Assembly (NCBI RefSeq): GCF_006345805.1
Contig: NC_042997.1
Location: 186,310,001-186,374,000 of the forward strand
DNA from: Octopus sinensis
Taxonomy: Eukaryota
Direction: 5' to 3'
Length of the DNA: 64,000 nucleotides
Part shown: piece after piece, positions 24,380 through 38,137 of the stretch
Layout of the letters: each line of letters opens with the position of its first letter
Numbering within the stretch: the stretch's first letter is position 1
Made by a program: the position numbers and the translations under genes
The notes under the pieces: generated by a model
Database searches by the model: none
Seen by the model: only the letters and a program-made list of their open reading frames with translations
Told to the model about the DNA's origin: nothing

Positions 24380-24965
24380 GATAGGCACAAAGCCTGAAAT
24401 TTCGGTGAAGTGGGTAAGTCGATTACATCTTGCTCAGCTGGTACTTACTTTATCGACGCCGAAAGGATGAAAGGTGAAGTTGACACCGGCGGAATTTGAT
24501 TTCAGAACTTAAAGACGGACGAAATATCGCATTTTGCTGACGTGATAACGATTCTTATTTCTTTATTGTCCACAAGGGGCTAAACATAGAGGGACAAACA
24601 AGGAAAGATAAACGGATTAAGTCGATTACATCGACCCCAGTGCGTAACTGGTACTTAATTTATCGATCCCGAAAGGATGAAAGGCAAAGTCGACCTCGGC
24701 GGAATTTGAACTCAGAACGTAACGGCAGACGAAATACCTCTTTCTTTACTACCCACAAGGGGCTAAACACTGAGGGGACAAACAAGGACAGACAAACGGA
24801 TTACGTCGATTAATCGACCTCAGTGTGTAACTGGTACTTATTTAATCGACCCCGAAAGGATGAAAGGCAAGTCGACCTCGGCGGAATTTGAACTTAGAAC
24901 GTAGCGCAGACGAAATACCGCCAAACCTTTCGCCCGGCGTGCTAACGTTTCTGCCAGCTCGCCGC
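24380..24965 (-). mobile_element. SINE family A dimer nested in another family A copy
   Basis: Three bodies, head at ~24965. Confidence 0.85.
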
Positions 24966-25367
24966 CCTCAAGTCGATTACATTAACCTCAGTACTTAACT
25001 GGATGAAATGCTAAATTGACGTCGGCCGAGTTTAGAACGTAAGAGTAGGAGGAAATACCGCCAAGTATTTTATCCAAAATGTTTACGATTCGGCCATCTT
25101 GAATATTAAATAATAATGATAGAATATAGTAAATAATAAGCAGAAAACTAGTTGATAACCAAACAATATTCTTTGCAATATTTTCAATTGAAATTTCAAA
25201 TATATGTTGATTTTTAACTTTTGTTCCTCCGTGGAGAGGGCAATAAAATAAGGAACAAGTAAGATACTAATAACAGGTTTATCGACTATACAACCTCTCT
25301 TATTAATGTATGACCTTTTGTCAAAATAAGAAAAGTTTTTAAATTATATATTTGTAAAAGATTTTAA

Positions 25368-25625
25368 GTGGAGGCGCGTGACTTAGTGGTTAGGGTGTCA
25401 GCATCATGATCGTAAGATTGTGGTTTCGATTCCTGGACCAGGAGACGCATTGTGTTCTTGAGCAAAACACTTCATTTTACGTTGCTCCAGTCCACTCAGC
25501 TGGCAAAAATGAGTAACCCTGCGATGGACTGCCGTTCCATCCAGCTGGGGAACAGATACGCCATTGAAACCGGGAAACTGGGCCCATGAGCCTGGCTAGG
25601 CTTTAAAAGGACGCATTTATTTTAT
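25368..25625 (+). mobile_element. tRNA-derived SINE (family C related)
   Basis: A/B boxes and a CORE-like gttcttgagcaaaacactt. Flanked by the near-direct repeat taaaagat(t/c)ttaa. Confidence 0.75.
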
Positions 25626-25789
25626 AATTTAAAAGATCTTAAAGCACATAATTTTAAGAGCCAATCATGAATAACCTTTCGACTGATAATCTTTTAATAA
25701 CTATAAATGGATAATGCATGATTGATTTTTGTTGGGTTTTTTAATCCGTTAGTTGAAACGAAAATGTATAGGTTCCGCAAATGGTGACA

Positions 25790-26760
25790 TTGAAGCTGTT
25801 AATATTAATTTTAAATATCTGTATGAAATACAAGGACGGCGGACAGGAAATTTCAGAGGATTACAGTTCTGGAAAAGGAGATATAGATGAAGTGATTAGT
25901 GTAGGAGTTAGTAAGTCAGAAACGGTAAGAAAGAAGGCAAAGACAAAGAAGACAAGTTGATTAGCCCGGCCCATTCACCATATCTTTCAAATTCCGCCAA
26001 GGTCTACTTTGCCGTTCATCCTTTCGGGGTCGAAAAATTAAGTACCAGTTGCGTACTGGGGTCGATCTAATCGACTTGCCCATTCCCCTAAAATTTCGGG
26101 CCTTGTGCCTAGAGTAGAAAAGAATTAGGTGGCAAAAATATACAGCTGGAGAGTCCAGATATATAGATACCACTGTAGCAAGGATGAAGAAGCACAGAGA
26201 TGAGATAATAGTAAATCTTTGAGCAAATAGCTGAAGTATGTTGGTGATTGAAACTTTTCCGCCTAACCGCATGGCTTTATTTCAGATGAAGTCTCAACAG
26301 CAGTATTTTCCAGGTTATGGAATTAATAACTGACTAACTTTAAAGTATTTTGTGATGGTCCGAAAGAGAAACCCTAGGTTTTGTGATACAATTTTGACAA
26401 AGTTATACGTGTAGAATTGCTGTGAGAGATAATACAAGATCATGTGACTTTGTGTTCTTAATGATTTTGAAGTAATTAACTAAGTAGTTAATAACTAGAG
26501 AGGGTTAGGTACTATACAGTCTCCAAGATATATGTAATGATTTAGTTTTCTCTCAGATATGTGTAGTGGTTGCGTTTTTGTTGAGTTGCTGTAAGATATC
26601 AGAACGCCATGTTCCCATTGAAGAACGTTTTTAAGGTGTTACTAGTCTGTGTATGCTTGGTAGGAAGTGTGTAGTTAACGTTAAGATAGCGCCTGTGTGA
26701 AGAAGGTTAAGAAAGAATGAATCGGAGTATTAACTACATAGAAGCGTTTTTCGATAGAAG
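25790..26760 (-). pseudogene. Degenerate CR1/Crack-type LINE 3' fragment, interrupted by SINE A (25985-26125)
   Basis: Reverse strand gives 'TNILQLFAQR..SSLCFF' and 'SFSRT', resembling the post-RT C-terminus of CR1-group ORF2. Heavily decayed. Confidence 0.5.
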
Positions 26761-27496
26761 TGGAAACCAGCAGGTCATTCATGTGCAGAAAATATAAACA
26801 GTATGGTAGGCGTTATAGAAATGTGAGTTACACCAAAGTTTATTGCATGGAGGTCGAAAAGATCCCCATCGATACATGGTGCGGTCTGCTAGTTAATTAT
26901 CCAAAAGCAACATATTTTCATGCTTCAAAATACAGCAATCAAATGTACACAAAGAACAAGTTTCTAGCACAAACACTCATACAGAAAACTCATCAAACAC
27001 ACACATACAACTAACCCTATATGTAAGCACAAAGATACAGTGTAAACACAAATAGCAGAAGAAATCAAACTTATTTACAAACGAGCGTAGGTTTTTGTGA
27101 TACAGAGAGGAAAACGGAGTGATAGTGTCAGAGGAAATATTCATACCTGAATGCTTATCAATTTTCCAGTCAAATGATTCACATCGCCGAGTAATAAACT
27201 AGCCAATAAATAATAAGTAGTTTCCTTTGGCCTTCAAACAGTAATTAATCACCAAATCTGCTGGGGAAACTAGAAAAATTATTTATCTATCTAAATGTAT
27301 ATAAAATATGTGTGTTTGTGTGGTGTATTTGAATGTGTGTTTATACATACACGCATTTACATATATACATATGTATAACAGCATAAGTATGTGTATGCGT
27401 ACATATAAATAAATATATATATATATATATTATATATATATATATATCGGGATGGTCATTTTTTCTGGCTAAATGTATATGTATATATGCATATAT

Positions 27497-27748
27497 ATTC
27501 TTTTATTCTTATATTTGTATCAGTTATTTGACTGCGACCATGCTAGAGCACCGCCTTTAGTCGAGCAAATCGACCCCAGGACTTATTCTTTGTAAGCCTA
27601 GTACTTATACTATCGGTCTCTTATGCCGAACCGCTAGGTTACGAGGATATAAACACACCACCATCGGTTGTCAAGCGATTTTGGGGGACAAACACAGACA
27701 CACAAACATACACACACATACAGACAAACATACACACACACACACACA

Positions 27749-27829
<81 letters not shown>

Positions 27830-27993
27830 GACGGGCTTTTTTTCAGTTTCCGCCTACCAAATCCACTCACAAGGCTTTGGTCGGCCCGAGACCATAGTAG
27901 AAGACACTTGCCCAAGATGCCACGCAGTGGGATTCAACCCAGAACCATGTGGTTGGTAAGCAAACTACTTACCACACAGCCACTCCTGCACCT
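27497..27993 (-). mobile_element. SINE family B
   Basis: Reverse complement of the family sequence. Confidence 0.88.
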
Positions 27994-28002
27994 AAGTGTG
28001 AG

Positions 28003-28112
28003 ATGCTTACAGCACCTGGGTTTCCCAAGAGCGTTCCCATCTAAGTACTCACTAGGCTCGACGTTGCTTAACTTCTTCGACCGGACGAGAACCGGTGCTT
28101 TCAACGTGATAT
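28003..28112 (-). pseudogene. 5S rRNA pseudogene (5'-truncated, diverged)
   Basis: Reverse strand atatcacgttgaaagcaccggttctcgtcc..gaagttaagcaacgtcgagcc..agtacttagatggg..tgggaaacccaggtgctgtaagcat matches the metazoan 5S pattern, including the box A and box C regions. The first ~10 nt are missing. Confidence 0.85.
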
Positions 28113-28371
28113 ACAGAGCGAGGGAGAGATAGAGAGAGAGAGAAAGAGAGAGAGAGATTGTGTCTGAGTGAACAATATATGTATTAGAGAACATTTGTTA
28201 ATTGGAAATTGTGATTTTAGTTCCTACATACATGTATACATATCTACATAATACATATCTATATACAGAGAACAGTGTCAGTGTGCGAATAATGTGTATA
28301 CATAAATGCATGTGCATGTATGTATATATGCATACATACACACATATGCATATTTGTTTGCATCTGTGTGT

Positions 28372-28409
<38 letters not shown>

Positions 28410-28517
28410 TATGTGCGCGCGAGAGAGAGTTATTAATTCGCTCCAAGAACGATAAGATCAACGGTGTTAATATTCCATTTAAACAGTTTTTAGTCAACTG
28501 GATAAAAATAAGATATT

Positions 28518-29053
28518 GGCTATGTGGTAAGTAGCTTGCTTACCAACCACATGGTTCCGGGTTCAGTCCCACTGCGTGGAACCTTGGACAAGTGTCTTCT
28601 ACGATAGCCTCGGGCCGAATAAAGCGTTGTGAGTGGATCTGGTAAACGGACACTGAAAGAAGCCCTTCGGATATATGTATATGCATATGTATATATATAT
28701 GTGTGTGTGTGTGTGTTGTGTGTGTGTGTGTGTATGTGTGTATTTGTGTCCGTGCTTGTCCCCCCAAACTTCGCTTCACACACCGATGCTGGTGTGTTTA
28801 CGTCCCCGTATCTTAGCGGTTCGGCAAAAGAGACCGATAGAATAAGTACTAGACTTACAAAGAATAAGTTCTGGTGTCGCTTTGCTCGACTAAAGGCGGT
28901 GCTCCAGCATGGCCGGAGTCAAATGACTGAAACAAGTAAAAGAGTAAAAGAGTAATTTTTGGAAAGGCCTGGGCCTTGAGATATGGTAGTTCTTCCTGGT
29001 GGCTTTGCACGTGCACAATCAAATGACTGAAAGAAGTAAAAGAGTAAAAAGAG

Positions 29054-29054
<1 letters not shown>
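28518..29054 (+). mobile_element. SINE family B with an extra 3' segment and a second tail
   Basis: Family match up to 28953, then ~60 nt shared with 21719-21778, then a repeat of the tail. Confidence 0.85.
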
Positions 29055-29098
<44 letters not shown>

Positions 29099-29416
29099 GA
29101 TTATGACCAGAAATGGCTCTGATGAAAGTAGCATTAATTTTCTTTGGTCGTTCAATTCTCTTCAATTGATCAATAGACCAATTGTGTAAACTTATCAGTA
29201 ATGCACCAATGATAACTACTGGAAACAGCTGTGAGCCAAATTTGCTCCACCAAAGGAAAAATATATAATGACCATCATTTTAAACTTTTGAACATTAACT
29301 TCAAGATTTGCAAGCTCCTATTGGTGCCTGTCTACACAAGTCGGTGGGATATCAGAACAAACGGAGAAGTTAAGAATAAAGGGAAGTCCAAGATTTATAT
29401 ATATATATATATATAC

Positions 29417-29575
29417 AGGTGCAGGCGTAGCTCTGTCATAAGAACTTTGCTTCCCAACAACATGGTTCCTGGTTCAACCTTCGCCAAATGTCTTCTACTA
29501 TTGCCTCGGGCCGACAAAAGCCTTGTGAGCGGATTTGGTAGACGGAAATTGAAAAAAGCACGTTGTATATGTATA

Positions 29576-29606
<31 letters not shown>

Positions 29607-29816
29607 ATGTGTGTGTATGTTTGTATATGTATATATTTGTGTGTGCGTGTGTCTCTGCTTGTCCCTCCACCATCGCTTGACAACCGATGCTGGCGTGTTT
29701 ATGTCCCGGTAACTTAGCGGGTCGGCAAAATAGACCGATAGTATAAGTACTAGGCTTTCAAAGAATAAGTCCAGGGGTCAATTTCATCGACTAAAACCCT
29801 TTAAACGAATAAAAGA

Positions 29817-29817
<1 letters not shown>
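29417..29817 (+). mobile_element. SINE family B (diverged)
   Basis: Head, internal (TG)n and tail match. Confidence 0.8.
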
Positions 29818-29876
<59 letters not shown>

Positions 29877-29917
29877 ATATATATTATATATATATACGTA
29901 TGTGTGTATGTATATAT

Positions 29918-30013
<96 letters not shown>

Positions 30014-30512
30014 TATTATAGCAAAGAAGTGCACTAGAAGGGACGACAAACAAAGAAAAGTTTAAGCTCAGTAGCAAGTTTGATTTCACCATTCTATGAC
30101 CTATTCTAAAACCCAGTACAGTTAAACGAGTGCCATAAAACCTCGGATAAGCTAGCGTGTGGAATTCGAAACATGTTATAGTTAATAATCCTTTCTATTA
30201 TCTGCATAATGCCTGAAATTTCAGGGAAAGGGGCCAGTCGATTACATCTGGCGTACTAACTAGTCAGTCAGCTCGTCGCCCTAATGTTCATGATAAATAC
30301 AGAATGTTCTTTGTATGGCTATAGGATGTATTAGGGCAAACGTCCCACCAATATTTGTACTTGTCTCTATGAAAGGTGAGGAGGTGATCCGAATGTTTTC
30401 GTTTAGTTAATTACCTTGCGTAATGATGACGGTTGTTTTACTGAAGCACGTGCGTTTCATAAAGCTTAAAATACCAATTACGGTTTCTGTGTTTTCATTA
30501 CTACACACACAT

Positions 30513-31190
<678 letters not shown>

Positions 31191-31220
31191 AATAATAATA
31201 ATAATGATAATAATATAATA

Positions 31221-31270
<50 letters not shown>

Positions 31271-32314
31271 GAGAGTGTAACTCCAAACTTACAAGGGAAA
31301 ATAGTTATATGTTATATATTATAACATATATGATCTAGTTATATGTTTTAAAATATATCATACTTTATTTATGATTTGGTCTGTGTCTATCGTTGTTTGA
31401 ATTGCATAATAGTGTTTTTTTCTCTAAGTTATATATATATATATATATCGGGTATGGTAGATGAGTTCAGATGAATATGGTACTTAAGTTGAGGCAGCAG
31501 AATTTAGTACGCTATTATCCATACAATTTCAAAGTAATGTGATTAAAATAAAAATAAGCAACAATGCTTATTTCCATTATATATATGTATATATATGTGT
31601 GTGTGTGTGGTGTGTGTGTGTGTGTGTGTGTACATATACACACATATACACGCACACACATACACACATTCGCACACACATACACACATTCGCACACACA
31701 CAACCATATATATATACATATATGAGAGGTTTTGGTATCCAAAAGACCCAAGGTGGCATGTAAGGCTATGTAAGTCCTCCCGAAGGACCGTAGCTAGACT
31801 CCGTGTTCGATAATAGTATGAGTGAGGAGTCTAACATTGGATCGTGTGTGAGCGGGGTATGTTAAATAAAATGAAACAAGAAAGCCAAGGTAGTGTGAAA
31901 TTTCTAAGAAATTTATAAGGAGAAAGGTAATCTTACAGCTGTTTCAAGGATTTGAGGGATATTCCTTCATCACAGACGATATGAGTGAGTCAATATTTGG
32001 TATAACATTTTGGTAAATATCCAGACAAAGTGGTTTCATGTTTACAAATTCTAACTTAGCGTTCTAACCTGAAAAGATTTTTTAATTATTGAATTAATTT
32101 TTTAATCATGAGGTGACACATTATTTCCCCAATAAAATAAAAAGGGATATTCCGTATTTGAATAAGGTTTGTCCTATCTTATTTTCAGATATAGTTCACA
32201 ATGGACTTTATTATTCAATGTGGCATTCGTTTCCTTAACAGTTATGTGTCAGATTTGAAGCAGATTTGGCTGCTATTTATATCAGGCTGAGTAAATATAA
32301 TCAACATTTTGAAA

Positions 32315-32740
32315 CATGAAATTCATCACAATGTATTTCAACAATGTGAAAATTTTATTCATCAAAGTAAGTACCATTACAATCAAAACATTTTTGCCAA
32401 CGAGTTACAAGTTTGTATATTCCAGTAACATAAATATCTGGAGTTCTGGAACTGACGAACTTTTTGAACGCACTTTCAGAATCGCTTTGATTTTTGAACT
32501 CCTTCTCTCACAGGAAATCATCGCTTTAAAAAGTGGTAGTCGGTAGGAGAAAGGTCTGAGGAATAGGTTGTGTCGTGAAAAACTTCGTAGCTAAGTCCCC
32601 TCAACTTCTGGAGCGTCATTAGTGAAACGTGTGGTCGAGCATTGTCATGAAGAATGATTGGCCCTCTTTGGTTGACCAGTTTGCGACGGAAGAGTAGCAG
32701 TTTTTCGTTCATTTTGGCAATTTCATGGTAATACGTTTCC
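32315..32740 (-). pseudogene. Mariner transposase 3' fragment
   Basis: 'ILHDNARPHV..YSSDLSPTDYHF'. Confidence 0.85.
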
Positions 32741-33259
32741 GCCGGTTAAACGAATTGCCATGAAATTGCCAAAATGAATGAAAAACTGCTACTCCCCCGT
32801 ATGTTACTGGTACGCGTTGCAATGTGAACCGAGTTTGTCTTTATAAATGTATTTAATAGGATTGACATCAAGTCTGCATATTCTTTTGAAACCCTAATGT
32901 AAATCTTTATTTAAATGTTTTTCTTTATCTTTACTATTTGCTATTAGAATTTTAGTGTTTTCGGCTTGATCTGATGACTTCATCGTTGCTATAACTTCTC
33001 ATTGATATTCCAGGGAAAGAAACAATCTCGAACAACTAGTAAACAAACATTTCTTAAAATCAAATAGATATCTAAAAGACAAAAGTTTATCTAAGCCTTA
33101 TCCCCCAACCCGCCACCAATGCATGAGGGATACCGCTGAAGCTTTCGCTAGAGGCACCTTCTTCGCGAAATGAAAACAAAACAATTTCCGTCATCAAATG
33201 AATCGTGGTAAAACCACTTTTTCTAAGAGCAGTCGCAAGCGACCTCAGTACATTCGCAA

Positions 33260-33323
<64 letters not shown>

Positions 33324-33649
33324 CAACAATAATAATGGTGAGGAACTGAAATATTTAACATCCAGACTTTCTATAAAACTCCATATGGTTGCAATAGGCT
33401 TATATCGATATAAAAACAGGTGTACTTATTTGTTTATTTGTAAAACACCGAGGTATTTAATATGCTTGCGGTCTTATAAATAAATAAATATAAAAATAGC
33501 GAATTGGTTAAATTTTTTGTTATTTTATTTGAATTTATATTTTTTTTGTATGTCGTACTACAACTCTAAAGGGAGAAAAGATAAAATACTGCCCAAAAAG
33601 GAGTAAAGGGACAGAAAACGAATAATAATAGTGATGATGATGATGATGG

Positions 33650-34085
33650 TGGTGGTGGTGATTGCTTTTATATGCCACAGGGGTGCCAGATGAGAGGTAT
33701 ATTACAAGAACAGTTTACAATTTGTGTGAGAATTTACATAAAAGATGAGGAGAAATAAAGGGGAAAAAACAGGGAAATAAGACTTGTATATATACTATAT
33801 AAGATATATGAACACATGAATGATGTAGTTTTCCTGATGGAGGAAAACCTCTAACGGGAGCAAGTCAAGTAACCCCATGACATGGGCCCTTGCTTAACTA
33901 TTATTCTCTTACCTACAGATGCATGCTTAGCGCAGATCTATCCACTCTAACCATTTTTTCCACGGTCACCCACCTTTTGACAAATTCGCTGGGAGAGAGC
34001 ACATTTCTTTCCAGCTTTACTTTCCTTTCCAAGTGTAACTTATAAAAGTCTATGAGGGCTTGGCCGAAGAGGGGAGGGGTTCTTT
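33650..34085 (-). pseudogene. Tx1-family 3' end fragment
   Basis: 'GQALIDFYKLHLERKVKLERNVLSPSEFVKRW' parallels the ORF2 C-terminus at ~9075-9197. Confidence 0.65.
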
Positions 34086-34570
34086 TCTCAGTCTTTGGCA
34101 TCGAAGAGATACAAGAAGTTGCATAGAAACGTGTAACAGAAAGCTTGCAGAAATGTGTTGGAAGATGTGAAAGGCGTTCCATTAAAAATAATGAGAAATA
34201 TTTAGAATTTATAAAAAATCAAAGCACGAATACTTACATGGAATAGGTAAAATATATACCAAAGCACAATGATTAAAACAAGATATATGTATATTATATT
34301 CGTATTACTTTTTGTTTTTGTATTTATTTTCGTGTAACATCGTCCGTTTTTCTGACCTTGTTTCGTCTACATTCGATCCTTTTTCCAAGAAATCTAATGC
34401 TCGTAGCTTAGTTTTTCCTTGGGGCAGGCCAGATCGGAGCAATCTCAAGATTAATCAGCCGAAATTGCGAGGATGATCCAGTTCTTGACTGAAGATTAGA
34501 GGCTTCGAATGACTCGTCCGTTTTTGTATCGTCTATTTGAATGTTTTGCGTTCTTGTCCCATTTTGTATT

Positions 34571-34630
<60 letters not shown>

Positions 34631-34679
34631 ATATAAAAGTTCACTTGCATTGATCAGGGTATCGAATGTTCCTTATTAA

Positions 34680-34785
34680 GCAAATCACACTACAATTACG
34701 GTGGACAATTACAGGCCGATATACTGTTTGCCACTTATGTGGAAATTATTGACAGGAATACTCGCAGAGTCAATGTATATTCTCG
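34680..34785 (+). pseudogene. Non-LTR reverse transcriptase fragment
   Basis: '[22 protein letters not shown]'. Confidence 0.7.
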
Positions 34786-35254
34786 CAGAAGAAGAAGGAA
34801 GAGGAGGAGGAGGAGGAGGAGGAGGAGGAGGAGAAGAAGAAGAAAGAAGAAGAAGAGAAGAAGAAGAAGAAGAAGAAGAAGAAGAAGAAGAAGAACAACA
34901 ACAACAAACAACAACAGCAACAACAACAACAACCACAGCAATAATTCTGTCAAATTTTGGTACTTGGCCAATAATTTTAGTGCAGGGAGTTAATCGATTA
35001 CATCAACGCGGGTGCTTGACTGGTACTTTATTTTATCGACCCCGAAGAAATGAAAGGTAGAGTTGACTTCCGTGAGATTTGAATGAGATTTGAACTTAAA
35101 CAGGCGGAACAAATAATGCTGCAAAGCAGTATCATTTTTTTCCGAACCGAAGTTCTGTCAGCTCTACCAGATGTTGATTATAATGAGGAAGGGGGAGGAG
35201 GGGTGGAGGCGGAGGAGGCGGAGGAGGAGGCGGAGGAGGCGGAAGAGGAGAATA

Positions 35255-35307
<53 letters not shown>

Positions 35308-36128
35308 AATGACGACGTCGGTGAGGAAACAACCGATATAAAATAATAAATACGAAAGAGGTGTTTGGATTTCATCTATTTGATTCTTGTCAAACAGACG
35401 GCTATTTTCTGCTTTGTTTTTTTTTCGTGTTTGTATTTCGCTTGTCTTTTGTTGTTCTTTTTCTCGAGAGAAAATCAGAGAGAGACAGAGAAAGACAGAG
35501 AAACAAAGAGAGAGAGAGAGCAAGGAGGAGAGAAATCTCCTTGGAACAGCAAAGCAACACGGAAAGGGAAAATAAACATAGTAATATATGTGGGAGACCC
35601 CCATCTATTTACTAGTTCACTTTTTAACAGTATGGCAACTAATAATAAACAGAATATTCTATTGATTGTATTAAATCATTAAAGCATTCCTCAAAGTAAA
35701 TATTTAACTTTCAACAGATGTAGCAAACCTTACAGGAGAATGTATACGGCTATTGCAATGTCAGTGTGGCCCAGCGGATAGAATGTCAAACTTCAAAAGC
35801 CATGGGAGAAACCTTATTCCCAGATGGCAACCGCATTTAGAGTTCAAATACCTCTCCGTTCTGGCTGTTATTCATGCTCAACTGAAAAACGTGTGCGTGT
35901 GTGTGTGTGTGTGTTTGTGTGCGTGCACGTGTGTACGTGCGTATATGTTTGTGTGTGTGCGTGTATAAGTGCGTATATGTGTGAGAGAGTGTGTGTGAGT
36001 ACATATCTATAATTCCCATTTGGTGCACACGTACAACCATGTGTATCTAGTATACAAATATGAAAATGTATTGCGTATGTTTGTATATGTATAACGCAGC
36101 AATGCGTATTAAAATATGAATCTCTGAA

Positions 36129-36562
36129 AGCGGCGAGCTGGCAGAAACGTTAGCGCGCCGGGCGAAATGCTTAGCGGTATTTCGTCTGATGTTACGTTCT
36201 GAGTTCAAATTCCGCCGAGGTCGACTTTGCCTTTCATCCTTTTTGGATCGATTAAATAAGTACCACTTACGCACTGGGGTCGATGTAATCGACTTAATCC
36301 CTATATTTGTCCTTGATTGTTCCCTCAACGTTTAGCCCCTTGTGTGCAATAAAGAAATCAGAAACGTTAGCACGCCGGGCAAAATGCTTCAGCGACATTT
36401 CGTCCGTCTTAACGTTCTGAGTTCGAATTCAGCCGAGGTTGAATTTGCTTTTCATCCTTTCTCAGTCTATAAAATAAGTACCACTTGAGCACTGGGGTCG
36501 ATGTAATCGATTTACTTCTCTTCCCCGAAATTTCTGGCTTTGTACCAAAATTTGAAACCAAT
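36129..36562 (+). mobile_element. Two SINE family A copies in tandem
   Basis: Heads at ~36130 and ~36360. Confidence 0.85.
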
Positions 36563-36622
36563 ATGTCTTACTATCTGCATATATGCATACATACATACAT
36601 ACATACATACATACATACATAC

Positions 36623-36744
<122 letters not shown>

Positions 36745-36897
36745 TAGGTGAATGAATTATCCTATGATTATCGTCAGCATGGAAAATTCGTTTAACCGAA
36801 CCTGGGTAGCAAATTCACGTCAGAAACACGGTTGAAGCGACCTGTCAAGGATAGAAACTCCGGGTTCATGTGTAGAAATTTGTGTGTTGTATATGAA

Positions 36898-37753
36898 TAA
36901 ATGAAAGAATGGAGTCGAACGAAGATGTTAACAAAATTCCTTTACTCTGGACATATGTTTCGAAGACAACATGTTTTCATTCCAAAGGAATAAAGGGTGC
37001 ATTATGCAATCTTCTCATCAGGAAAGAAAGGGAGCCTCTCTCGACAACAAGACAAACAAAAATTTCGATGACTGCCTACATGGTAAACAAAGCGATAATG
37101 AGTGGGTTTTTTTTTAAACCGTTAGAAGAATTGACGTCAAAGATAGATAGTAGGAAGAGAAGGGTTAAAGGAAAAATAGGTAGGGAACAAGTGGAGAGGG
37201 AAGGGTACGTTGATTGAAAGAATGTTCGAAGGCTTAGGAAAGAATTTCTCTATAGAAGTGGGGTGGACGTAAAGCTAATTGTTCAAACCACAGTGACTAT
37301 CGTTATCATTTATATGAGTAGAAAGTGTGTTTCTGCCAGTGTTTACATTTGTATGATTTTTCTATGAGTGTGTTTACTAGGGGAATCTTAGAGAAAAGAA
37401 TATGGAAGAGTTCAGAGTTACAAATGTTACAAAATCTCCTGCCCTTATCAAAAGGAAAGGATACAGACAGTATGAACCAATCCAACTTGAAATTATATTG
37501 TTGTCTTTAAGACGCCAAACTAATTTACTTAGCCCTGTACTATGTCGTTTTTTACTATCCCTGAATGTTGAATAGTGGTTTGAAATTCTCTTGAATAACT
37601 GGTAAGTGGACGCTCCTATATAGAAGATATCGGTACCGGAAGAAATTCTACACTGGTAAATAGAATTCTTAATCTTAGAATTACTAGACAAAAATTTAAT
37701 TCTGTCGAGAGTAAAGGAATTTTGTTAACATCTTCGTTCGACTCCATTCTTTC

Positions 37754-37758
<5 letters not shown>
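36898..37758 (-). mobile_element. 5'-truncated Penelope-like element with GIY-YIG endonuclease, hammerhead-bearing pLTR and inverted terminal segment
   Basis: ORF 37377-37691 'SIYQCRI..FYIGAST..FKRISNH..STGLSKLVWRLK', followed by 'CNICNSE' after a frameshift. 37707-37758 is the inverted copy of 36898-36949. Confidence 0.85.
36945..37026 (-). ncRNA. Type I hammerhead motif in the Penelope pLTR
   Basis: Reverse strand reads ctttc-ctgatga-gaaga-[long loop]-tcttc-gaaa-catatg-tc-cagag. Palindromic catatg in helix III. Confidence 0.72.
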
Positions 37759-37824
<66 letters not shown>

Positions 37825-38137
37825 CAAAAATGCTAGTTCTAAAACATCTCTAAGAGATCAACGCAGTAGTTGTTCTGACGAGTAATATTCGTAGCCACTT
37901 TACCATGGCTGTCCGTTCGAGCGGACTCTACTGCAATTTTTTTAACCCCCAGAGGACATCTCTTCTAGCTGGTTAACGATACACAGCTGCATCCGATAAA
38001 ATTGCGAGCAGGGGAAGAATTATAGACGTCGACTAAATGTGACTCAGGGTGTCAAAACACCCACATTGCTAGAAATAGAACTAAAATTCTCCAATGCTAA
38101 AATGCTCCAATACCTTTACGGTATAACATTGCAAATA

